Shown: positions 8,960-15,946 of the stretch, piece after piece
Position numbering within the stretch: the first letter of the stretch is position 1
How the letters are laid out: every line of letters starts with the position of its first letter
IMG/VR virus record: IMGVR_UViG_3300035185_000031
Length of the DNA stretch: 62,987 nt
DNA from: an uncultured virus (IMG/VR IMGVR_UViG_3300035185_000031)
Lineage: Duplodnaviria > Heunggongvirae > Uroviricota > Caudoviricetes
Strand: one strand, 5' to 3'
Notes under the pieces: generated by a model
Database searches by the model: none
Told to the model about the DNA's origin: nothing
Seen by the model: the letters and a program-made list of their open reading frames with translations, nothing else
Translations under genes and position numbers: made by a program

Positions 8960-9081
8960 CGACTCCTCCACCACGTACGAACCCGAGCCACGATCACACC
9001 CGCAAAAGGAAGAGCGGCCATCATCGCTGCTAGCTCTTGCTGACAGAAGTGCACCGGCACACCGAAGATCACGAAGTTCAC
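8944..9081 (-). CDS. 45-aa membrane peptide (not in ORF track)
   Basis: MNFVIFGVPVHFCQQELAAMMAALPFAGVIVARVRTWWRSRWERT fills the gap exactly. Confidence 0.45.
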   Translation of the reverse strand: MNFVIFGVPVHFCQQELAAMMAALPFAGVIVARVRTWWRSRWERT

Positions 9082-9296
9082 TACCCTTTCCTCCAATCCA
9101 GCTCGGGGACGAAACGGAAGGACGTTTCCTTCTCGGTTCCGTCCTCCGACACCTGACGTAGCTTGACGCGCAGGGCACCGGTCTCAGGCTCAAAGCCCAT
9201 GCCAAGCACCTCGCGCTGAACGTACTTCGGCAGCCTCGCTTCGGTTGCTACCTTGTCGGCGAACCAACGTGCCAGGCCCAACTCAGCGTTCGTCAC
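9081..9296 (-). CDS. Hypothetical protein
   Basis: Coupled small ORF. Confidence 0.6.
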   Translation of the reverse strand: MTNAELGLARWFADKVATEARLPKYVQREVLGMGFEPETGALRVKLRQVSEDGTEKETSFRFVPELDWRKG

Positions 9297-9823
9297 TCCT
9301 CCGTCTCCAGAAGGCGATTCAAGCGACTGAACAGCGCCTGCTCTCCAATCGAATTGGCTGAGTCCAACAGCCGAAACTGGAACTCCGGCTGCTCTTTGCG
9401 GTACATGGCCACGAGGTCTTCACGACCCTCGGCCTTCGCGGCCTCCACATTCGCTACGCGGTCCGCCAGCTTGAGGAAGAGGGACCAACGGACCATTGGG
9501 ATCAACTTGTAGGGACGCTGCTTGCGCTCCTTTCGATTCTTCCCCTTACCATCAGTCACAGCGTCCACGAGCATGGCGACGGCGTCGCCGAACTCACGCA
9601 CGAGGTCTTCCCTCGTGGTGTCCGTGTCCTCCAGGGTGTCGTGCAGATAAGCAGCCGCGATCAGTTCCTGGATCTCCTCCTTATCCGCCTCCGGTCCCTG
9701 AAAACGCTGAAGCAGAACACCTGCCACCGCGTCTACGTGAACCATGTACGGCTGCTTACCGTACTTCTGGTCACCATGCGCCTTCTCCGCGAAGGCTCTT
9801 GCTTTCTCTAGTAGTTCATTCAT
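9293..9823 (-). CDS. HD-domain small alarmone hydrolase (RelA/SpoT/Mesh1-like)
   Basis: A..AH.DQ.YG..PY..H...VA; AAYLHDTLEDT; FG..VA.LV..VT; KLADR..N. Confidence 0.88.
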   Translation of the reverse strand: MNELLEKARAFAEKAHGDQKYGKQPYMVHVDAVAGVLLQRFQGPEADKEEIQELIAAAYLHDTLEDTDTTREDLVREFGDAVAMLVDAVTDGKGKNRKERKQRPYKLIPMVRWSLFLKLADRVANVEAAKAEGREDLVAMYRKEQPEFQFRLLDSANSIGEQALFSRLNRLLETEE

Positions 9824-9831
9824 GCCTGAGC

Positions 9832-9860
9832 TACCTATCAGTAAGCCGGGCGATAGTCAA
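9832..9860 (-). promoter_or_regulatory. sigma70-like promoter
   Basis: TTGACT-17bp-TAGGTA-8bp-ATG. Confidence 0.55.
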
Positions 9861-10777
9861 GCTACAGGAGCGGGTGAGGGCTTCGCCTTCTTGGCCGCCT
9901 TCTCCTTCTGTTTGGCGAAGGTCTCCAACAGGACGAGCACCGCATCGGCCTCCTTGCGGTCGAGCACGAAGTGCGCACGGATCCCCTTGGAGCATCCCTC
10001 GAAGGTCGTAGCGCGCTTCGCTGCCTCAGGGTGCTTCTCCCGAAGCGTCTTGGCAACCACGCCCCACTTGGCCCGGCGCTGACGCCTGACCATCTCCGGA
10101 CCGTACAACCTGATCCATTCCTTCGAACGAGCGTCCACGTACTCAGCGATCTTCTCGATGTCGAAACCGTCGGTCTCCTTGCGAGACGCCGCCTCGAAGA
10201 AGTTACGAGCCTTCACACCTGACGCGGCCTTGAAGTGTAGGTTACGCTTACCCCTACGAGCCGGGGACCAGATCCCTAGAACGTAGCGATCGTTGAGGAC
10301 TACGTCGATGTAGACCCCACGAACAATGAGCCGCGAATCCTTCACCTGCGCCTTGATCCCTTTGGCTGCCAAAGCCTCCACAAGACGCTTGAGCGTCCGC
10401 TCGAAGATGAGTTCCGTCTCCGCCTCCACAACGGCGCGCTCTTCCCTCGTGTAGTCTTTGTGTTTGCCACCCGCTCTCAGGGTCTCGTACTCCAAGCGCA
10501 TCGAGGCCCACAGCTCCACGTGATCGGCAGCCTTCGCAATGTCAGCATCCGACGCGAAGGAGATGAACCGCTTTTCCAAGCGGACGACATTGAAGGCTAC
10601 GAACTCGTTGATGTTCACCCCAAGGCGACTAGTGACAGCCTGCACGGGGACCTTCATGCCGTTGAAGAGGAGGGCATCGAAGCTGTAGACGTCCGCCTCG
10701 TGGCCACGATCCTTCAACACCTCGATCAGCATCTCACGAGCGTGCCAGGGCTTCGCCATCTTCTGCGGAGCGTTCAC
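9857..10777 (-). CDS. Hypothetical protein with two copies of a domain shared with 10774-11331
   Basis: KAR.F...T.GFDI.KI.E......EW.RL...W..V.K.LR...PEA..R....KGI shared with the upstream gene. Confidence 0.8.
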   Translation of the reverse strand: MNAPQKMAKPWHAREMLIEVLKDRGHEADVYSFDALLFNGMKVPVQAVTSRLGVNINEFVAFNVVRLEKRFISFASDADIAKAADHVELWASMRLEYETLRAGGKHKDYTREERAVVEAETELIFERTLKRLVEALAAKGIKAQVKDSRLIVRGVYIDVVLNDRYVLGIWSPARRGKRNLHFKAASGVKARNFFEAASRKETDGFDIEKIAEYVDARSKEWIRLYGPEMVRRQRRAKWGVVAKTLREKHPEAAKRATTFEGCSKGIRAHFVLDRKEADAVLVLLETFAKQKEKAAKKAKPSPAPVA

Positions 10778-11331
10778 GGCGCACCTTTCCCGAGCACCTT
10801 GAGCATGGCCTCGACGTCCTTGTGTCCGAAGAGCCCTCGTACCTCGATGCCCTTGGTGGTCGCCTTCAACTTGAGCCGATCGCTCGCCTCAGGAAAGGAC
10901 TGCCGCAACAGCTTGACGACGCGGGTCCACTGTTCTTGGTGGTCTTCCTTTTGATCGCAGATCTCCTTCAGGCGCGTCCACTCAGACGCCCACTTCTCGA
11001 TGTGTTCGACGATCTTTGGGATGTCGAAGCCCTCAGTGTCCGGGCGGTTCTTGGACTGCTGAAAGGACCGCGCCTTCATCTGCACCGCCCCGTTCAGGTG
11101 GTCGTTGCTCATCCAGAGCCAATCGATGCGCACAGTCTTCTTTCCAGTGAAACGCCCCCAAGAACCAGCCTGACGCTGTACGTCGAATGGTACACGAACG
11201 CCGTCCACGACAATCCTAGAAGTCCTATGTTGCTTCGCTGGTTCCAAAAAGGAGACCTTGTGCCCCTTCTCCTTCAACCCAGCCAGCACCATGGGTGCAA
11301 CCTTTGCCAACAGTTCCTCGTCCGTGAACAT
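10774..11331 (-). CDS. Hypothetical protein, paralog of 9857-10777
   Basis: Shared domain as above; AAGGTAAGG RBS. Confidence 0.8.
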   Translation of the reverse strand: MFTDEELLAKVAPMVLAGLKEKGHKVSFLEPAKQHRTSRIVVDGVRVPFDVQRQAGSWGRFTGKKTVRIDWLWMSNDHLNGAVQMKARSFQQSKNRPDTEGFDIPKIVEHIEKWASEWTRLKEICDQKEDHQEQWTRVVKLLRQSFPEASDRLKLKATTKGIEVRGLFGHKDVEAMLKVLGKGAP

Positions 11332-11363
11332 CCTTACCTTCGTCCGTTGTATCGGCTGAAGTG

Positions 11364-11546
11364 CCGAGAGAGTGAGTGGACGGCGCCTAACGGAATCCGC
11401 GAGTGATCAGCTCACGACGGTTGCACTACCCGACTCCCGCCCGACCCAATCCCCGGAGGCGTACCTCCGAAGCGTCGACAGCCTAACCTCCGAGCGTACT
11501 CGGCTCTCGGGCAGACCTGGCGAATGCACTCCGCCCACTCTCTCGA
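11364..11546 (-). ncRNA. Candidate multibranch structured RNA (~180 nt), family not recognised
   Basis: Perfect 10-bp closing stem CGAGAGAGUG/CACUCUCUCG; CUGCCCGA/UCGGGUAG; two G(UACG)C hairpins; CGUGAG/CUCGCG; G-U wobbles work only on the minus strand. Confidence 0.6.
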
Positions 11547-11550
11547 TACT

Positions 11551-11988
11551 CTAGCCTGTTGCTTCCTCTTGCTTCGCACAGTCCCACGGTAGGTCCGTGA
11601 TGTATGCGTGTGTCCAGTATCCTCCGGCGCCCGCCCACACAACCTGCGCAGGCTTCGGCCGCTCGAATCCGTTGTAGCCTCGGTACGCCGGGGTCACGTG
11701 GTACACGTCGTGGATCTTCACCCTGTACGTGCGCCCCGCCTTGAACACCCCGCTCCTCTGAGGGTGGGTCGACGTCAGAGGCGTGCCCTTGGGCACCGTG
11801 ATCTCTACACCCCTCTTCAACCACTCCGGTACCTCCTCGAAGTCCTCGGGCTTGCAGGCTCCAGACTCTCGATCCTCGCAGCCCTTGAGCCACGCAGTGT
11901 CGTAGTCGGGGAAGCCCTCCAGGCGGGGATCCGGGTCCTCCCCGCGAAGCCCTGCCATGTAGCCGCCGTGAACGAAGCTCAGGCTCAT
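11551..11988 (-). CDS. Hypothetical protein
   Basis: Start refined to MSLSFVHGGY. Confidence 0.7.
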   Translation of the reverse strand: MSLSFVHGGYMAGLRGEDPDPRLEGFPDYDTAWLKGCEDRESGACKPEDFEEVPEWLKRGVEITVPKGTPLTSTHPQRSGVFKAGRTYRVKIHDVYHVTPAYRGYNGFERPKPAQVVWAGAGGYWTHAYITDLPWDCAKQEEATG

Positions 11989-11989
11989 C

Positions 11990-12202
11990 TCAACCCCACA
12001 GCTTGGCTGGCGACTTGCGAGACTCGAAGACACGTACACGCGCTCCGAAGTCACACTTGTGCGCGTGTCGTCGACCAGCCTCCCGAGCACCCTCCTCGGA
12101 GGAGAATCCTTTCCGACTATGCGCTCCACACCGACCTTCGTAGTCCGGGTGAAACGAGCCTCGCCGAGAGTCCTCTCCGTTGCAGTACCAGTGCCAGGCC
12201 AT
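11990..12202 (-). CDS. Small Cys/His Zn-binding protein
   Basis: WYC...C.......F.S...A..A...H..C. Confidence 0.6.
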   Translation of the reverse strand: MAWHWYCNGEDSRRGSFHPDYEGRCGAHSRKGFSSEEGAREAGRRHAHKCDFGARVRVFESRKSPAKLWG

Positions 12203-12204
12203 GA

Positions 12205-12369
12205 TCAACCCCGACGCGCGAGCGTTCGGAAGTGCTCCAGATCTGAGGTGTCGTCGACTTCCTCGGGAGCGCCGAAGAACAGGATGTCCTCATCGAAACC
12301 GAAAAAGTTGTCCTCGTCACCTGCGTCCTGGCGGGCGTCTTCCTCTGGGTCGTATGCGAATGCGTTCAT
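12205..12369 (-). CDS. Small, highly acidic protein
   Basis: MNAFAYDPEEDARQDAGDEDNFFGFDED...; GGAGGA RBS. Confidence 0.55.
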   Translation of the reverse strand: MNAFAYDPEEDARQDAGDEDNFFGFDEDILFFGAPEEVDDTSDLEHFRTLARRG

Positions 12370-12536
12370 GATTCCTCCTTGCAACACACGGGGCACCCAT
12401 CGGCGAGGTGATCCTTGGCCCAGGCTTCGAAGGCCGCCTCGGCCTCCTCCTGAGTCATGGTCTCCTCCTCGACGTTCTCTTCGAGAGCGGCAATCGCGCC
12501 GTTCACTTCGGGGCATTCCGTGCTGACGTTTTCCAT
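12366..12536 (-). CDS. 56-aa acidic protein with C...H...CxxC (not in ORF track)
   Basis: MENVSTECPEV...DHLADGCPVCCKEES; first gene after a leaderless promoter. Confidence 0.65.
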   Translation of the reverse strand: MENVSTECPEVNGAIAALEENVEEETMTQEEAEAAFEAWAKDHLADGCPVCCKEES

Positions 12537-12542
12537 GCTTAG

Positions 12543-12571
12543 AAGCTATCGCATAGAAACGGCATGGTCAA
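12543..12571 (-). promoter_or_regulatory. sigma70-like promoter, probably leaderless
   Basis: TTGACC-17bp-TAGCTT-6bp-ATG; A-tracts upstream. Confidence 0.75.
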
Positions 12572-12668
12572 GAGGAGATCGGATCTTTTTCATCTTTTCT
12601 CCAGGCCCCGGAGATCACACGACTTTCAACCGAACGCCTACACCGTACTACAAGGTAGGAAGGGGACG

Positions 12669-12688
12669 ATGCGTCCATATGGACGCAT
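12669..12688. repeat. Perfect palindrome, copy 1 (core TGCGTCCATATGGACGCA)
   Basis: ATGCGTCCATATGGACGCAT; identical 18-bp core at 23294 and 57793. Confidence 0.95.
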
Positions 12689-12689
12689 G

Positions 12690-13499
12690 TCACAGCACGT
12701 CGATTTTGGTGATCCGAACCTTCTTGGGATCGAACACGGCTACCTCAGGAACGTCCTGCACCAAGAAAGGACCGTAGTAGATAACGCTATCGTAGCCTGA
12801 AGCCCGCGCCCCTCGTGCCTTGGCCTGGCTTTGCGTGACCAGCGGATTACGCACCGTGGCCATCACTGTGTAGACCTTGGGACGATATGGCTTCGAGTCG
12901 ATGCCCAACTCTTCCAGGTTGTCGTAAACGTAATCCGGCAGTCCTATAGCTGTGTAATTGAACAGGCTGAAGTCACCGCCGCCGCTAGATAGGGGTTTCA
13001 CCTTGCTTCCTAGAATGTACCCCGCGACGTCTCCGATAGTGTTCGCATCCAACCCCCCAAGATGCTGATCCCATTCAACAGCGGTCACGATCCCGTGCTT
13101 CTCCCCATAGGTGTCCCAAGCTCTATCCCCCTCGTCGTACAGCGCTTGCAGGAACGCCCCCGCGTTCTTGTTCTTGCGCTTTAGCTTGTCGATGACGTCC
13201 TTCGGGAACCCCTTGTTCCGATTCGCGTAGGCGTAGTCGGCAGCCACACGACGTGAAGGAGTCAGGAAGATCCCGCTACCGTAGTAGTCCTTGACCAGCT
13301 CGTCTCGGCTCTGCTTCAGATCGAACTTCCGGAACAGGCGCGTGGTGCCGTGATAGAGCTTCGTCGGCTTCCCCATCATGAGCCCTTCCAACCCCCACTG
13401 GGCAAGGTTCAGCTCACGGTCCTCTGGAAGATACCGAAGCGACCGCACCTGGCGTCGGAACGCCTCAGGGCGTAGCTCCAAACCTTCGACGATGAGCAT
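12690..13499 (-). CDS. ADP-ribosyltransferase-fold protein (ART-PolyVal-like) with shared N-terminal tag
   Basis: LYHGT..F..FD, YGSGIFLTPS..VA..YA, VY.V....NPL, GYDSVIY, EVAVFDP. Confidence 0.78.
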   Translation of the reverse strand: MLIVEGLELRPEAFRRQVRSLRYLPEDRELNLAQWGLEGLMMGKPTKLYHGTTRLFRKFDLKQSRDELVKDYYGSGIFLTPSRRVAADYAYANRNKGFPKDVIDKLKRKNKNAGAFLQALYDEGDRAWDTYGEKHGIVTAVEWDQHLGGLDANTIGDVAGYILGSKVKPLSSGGGDFSLFNYTAIGLPDYVYDNLEELGIDSKPYRPKVYTVMATVRNPLVTQSQAKARGARASGYDSVIYYGPFLVQDVPEVAVFDPKKVRITKIDVL

Positions 13500-13503
13500 G
13501 GGC

Positions 13504-14316
13504 TCAGACGGTCTTCTTCTTGAGATCCTTGCTCGTACGAGCGATGCTGTCCATCGCGGAGCCGAATGAACGATCCAAGTCGTACAACTCGTCGCGCGTG
13601 TGCTTGACGTCTGAGTCCTGATAGTTATCTGTCCACGACGTTCCCGAGGCATCGTTGTAGACGTCGGTCAACATCTCGTGAACCTTGCGCACCTTGACGC
13701 GGGCATCGACCAGGGCTTTGTCGGCGTCCTGCATGGCTTTGAACAGCTTCGAGGGTTGGACGATGGCTTCCCCCAGGCTCTCGCCCAAACGGGCTCTCAC
13801 GTCCTTGGGGACGTTGGAAGCGGGCACCTCCGTCCAGAGACGGAACTCGTTCGAGCGAACGGATGTCTGCTTGGCCTTCTTGGGATGTCCGCTGTCTGCG
13901 TACTGAACGATCATTCCCTTCCAGCCACCGTTCTTCTGCTGCTCTTTCGCCTTGAAGTAGATCTCCTCACCCCCGCGGAACACCTGCTTGTACCAGGTCC
14001 CCACGGACATCGAGCTGACCCCCTCAGAGACTGGGGACGCCTCCCCCATCATTCGCATGACCATGCGGCCTACGCCCATGATGGTGTTCACCGAAGATTT
14101 GAAGTTCTTGAGCTGGGGCGCGTACTTCTGCGGGTTCTTCTTGTAGAGATCGAGCGAGTGCTTCAACTGCCGAAGCTCCCTCTCTGTCGCATCGACAAAC
14201 CGCTCCAAACGGTTGACTTTGATCTCATCGGCCTCACGAAGCCTACGCGCCTCCTGAAGACTCGGAAGACGGGACTTGAGGCCAGCAAGCTCGCGGAACT
14301 CTTCGGTCAGGTTCAT
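13504..14316 (-). CDS. Putative head-packaged, protease-processed multidomain protein
   Basis: MNLTEEFRELAGL N terminus; [L/M/V]xE motifs clustered at domain junctions. Confidence 0.6.
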   Translation of the reverse strand: MNLTEEFRELAGLKSRLPSLQEARRLREADEIKVNRLERFVDATERELRQLKHSLDLYKKNPQKYAPQLKNFKSSVNTIMGVGRMVMRMMGEASPVSEGVSSMSVGTWYKQVFRGGEEIYFKAKEQQKNGGWKGMIVQYADSGHPKKAKQTSVRSNEFRLWTEVPASNVPKDVRARLGESLGEAIVQPSKLFKAMQDADKALVDARVKVRKVHEMLTDVYNDASGTSWTDNYQDSDVKHTRDELYDLDRSFGSAMDSIARTSKDLKKKTV

Positions 14317-14330
14317 GTCCTGAGGCTACC

Positions 14331-14864
14331 CTACCTCGCTCGATCAGCAAAGGCCGGGAGATGGGTTCCTACCAGGACAGCATCAGCCCCGGGATCGATA
14401 CCCCGAGGATCCTCGATGTTCGAGGCTTGGCACAGCCAGCCGCTCCAGCGACGCGCGTCCGCGAACAGCTCGGATTTCCTGCCCCCTGTCCGAAGATCCC
14501 GAGAATTCCACACCGCTCGAAACCCCACGGGAATCCGATGCAGGTCGCGTATCGAGATCGGCTCGATGAGGCAGTCTGTGGGCCTCACAGAGGGGATTCT
14601 ACCAACGACGAGCACATGGTCCGCCCCCGCCTCGAAAGCCTCTCTTACCTCAATGTCGCTGGAATGGAGGCCCTTCGCGAGGAGGGGCTTGTCCGTCAAT
14701 CGGCGGGCTGTACGGAGCAGGTCCAGACTGCCGCCCCACGGGGCTTCGGTGTGGACCGCCACCCAGTCCCCAACCTCGTTTGCGATCTCGAACAGAGTCG
14801 CCCACGAATAGGGCGAGCACCACCCAAAGGGACTCCGGGTCTTCACCTCAGCAATGAAGATCAT
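14331..14864 (-). CDS. Minimal indole-3-glycerol-phosphate synthase (TrpC)-like TIM barrel
   Basis: IAEVKTRSP, VHTE..WGGS...L...R....KP.L.K, GAD.VL, NSRDL.T, ASNI, ADAVLVG. Confidence 0.75.
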   Translation of the reverse strand: MIFIAEVKTRSPFGWCSPYSWATLFEIANEVGDWVAVHTEAPWGGSLDLLRTARRLTDKPLLAKGLHSSDIEVREAFEAGADHVLVVGRIPSVRPTDCLIEPISIRDLHRIPVGFRAVWNSRDLRTGGRKSELFADARRWSGWLCQASNIEDPRGIDPGADAVLVGTHLPAFADRAR

Positions 14865-15355
14865 CAGATCCGAATCAGGTAGGCTACGACCTCACCGCCC
14901 TCGCCCACCATCTTCCACGCGCGGGTGATTGCGCTCTTGGAGACCTCGGGAGTTTTCCAGTAGCCGTCTGGCCATCGCTTGAAGCTCTCGTCCTTCTTCA
15001 CCTCGATGACGTACGTCGGCTTCCCGGTCTTGCGAGGATCGGTGCGTCCGTAGTTCACGTAGCTCTCGGCCTCATCTGCGTCCTCAGCGAAGTTCGTACC
15101 TTCGCCACGGATCGACCACTTCTCGTTGCTGCGGACCACACCATGCGATTTGATGAAGCGGAACTCGTCGTCCGTGATCCCTCGATAGAGATGCCCTGGA
15201 CGAGTCCATGAACGAGGTACGTCGTTGGCAGCGTTCCACCCCTCCGGGCGAACTACCACTCCTTTGGCTTCGCTCAGCGGCACGTAACGCAAAGCCCGCA
15301 CGTCCGCAGAAAACTCCTGAGGCTTCAGCTCCAACCCCTCGACGATCTTCATCAT
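14864..15355 (-). CDS. ART-fold protein (R-type strand 1) with shared N-terminal tag
   Basis: LYRGIT..E......G...S, TNFAED...A.SY, YVIEV; N terminus matches 12690-13499. Confidence 0.62.
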   Translation of the reverse strand: MMKIVEGLELKPQEFSADVRALRYVPLSEAKGVVVRPEGWNAANDVPRSWTRPGHLYRGITDDEFRFIKSHGVVRSNEKWSIRGEGTNFAEDADEAESYVNYGRTDPRKTGKPTYVIEVKKDESFKRWPDGYWKTPEVSKSAITRAWKMVGEGGEVVAYLIRI

Positions 15356-15360
15356 GCCCC

Positions 15361-15555
15361 TCAGTCCTCCCAACCGTTCTTGCACTTGGTTCGTTCCAGA
15401 ACCACCAGGATGTCAGGCCGCGGAAACGACATGTCCATGAGACAGAGCATCGTTCGCTGCTTCAGATCTTCGTGCGACTGAGAGGAACCAAGGAAGTGGT
15501 TGAGGTGTTCCCACTTGTTCGGGTTCTCCGGCTTGTACTCGGGCGCGTAGATCAC
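15361..15555 (-). CDS. Hypothetical protein
   Basis: GTG start overlapping the upstream stop. Confidence 0.5.
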   Translation of the reverse strand: MIYAPEYKPENPNKWEHLNHFLGSSQSHEDLKQRTMLCLMDMSFPRPDILVVLERTKCKNGWED

Positions 15556-15722
15556 TGAAGCCTCGTACGAGGATCTACAGGGTCGTCCACTACACTGATC
15601 ATGATGAACTGGTAGTCCTCCTCCAAAGGCACGGCTGCGGGTGCAGGAGAAGCCTTCTCGGGAGCGAGCCATCCCAACAAGGGCAACGAGGACAGGAACT
15701 GTAGAACTGCTCGACGCTTCAT
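15552..15722 (-). CDS. 56-aa peptide with Tat-like signal (not in ORF track)
   Basis: MKRRAVLQFLSSLPLLGWLAPEKASPAPAA...; coupled to genes on both sides. Confidence 0.6.
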   Translation of the reverse strand: MKRRAVLQFLSSLPLLGWLAPEKASPAPAAVPLEEDYQFIMISVVDDPVDPRTRLQ

Positions 15723-15946
15723 GATCGGCCTCCAGGTAATACCACGAGACGCCTACGCACACGAGCCCGCTCTATGAGCGGATTCGCGTAGTCCGAGCGC
15801 ATGGCCAGGAACCCCTTCTCTGGAAGTTCGGGACAAGCGGTACCAGCTAGCTTGTGCAAACGCTGGATATCCTCCACAGCGAAGAGAGCACGAGGGGTGC
15901 GGGCATGAAGCCAGGCATACCCAAGGAAGTCGTCATCGTTCATCAA
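15719..15946 (-). CDS. Phage hypothetical protein
   Basis: FLGY..LH.RTPRALF......RL..LAG. Confidence 0.7.
   Translation of the reverse strand: MMNDDDFLGYAWLHARTPRALFAVEDIQRLHKLAGTACPELPEKGFLAMRSDYANPLIERARVRRRLVVLPGGRS

Noticed and set aside
11364..11546. Assignment as hammerhead, 6S, SRP, tRNA or cobalamin riboswitch
   Set aside because: CUGAUCA is not the CUGAnGA...GAAA core; the other families' consensus elements were not found
11372..11554. 60-aa plus-strand ORF over the structured region
   Set aside because: Opposite to the local gene direction, no RBS; base pairing explains the sequence better
12669..12688. Palindrome as rho-independent terminator or protelomerase site
   Set aside because: No loop or U-tract; too short and multi-copy for a telomere-resolution site, and no protelomerase seen
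13678..14811. 377-aa plus-strand ORF
   Set aside because: Antisense to two well-supported minus-strand genes
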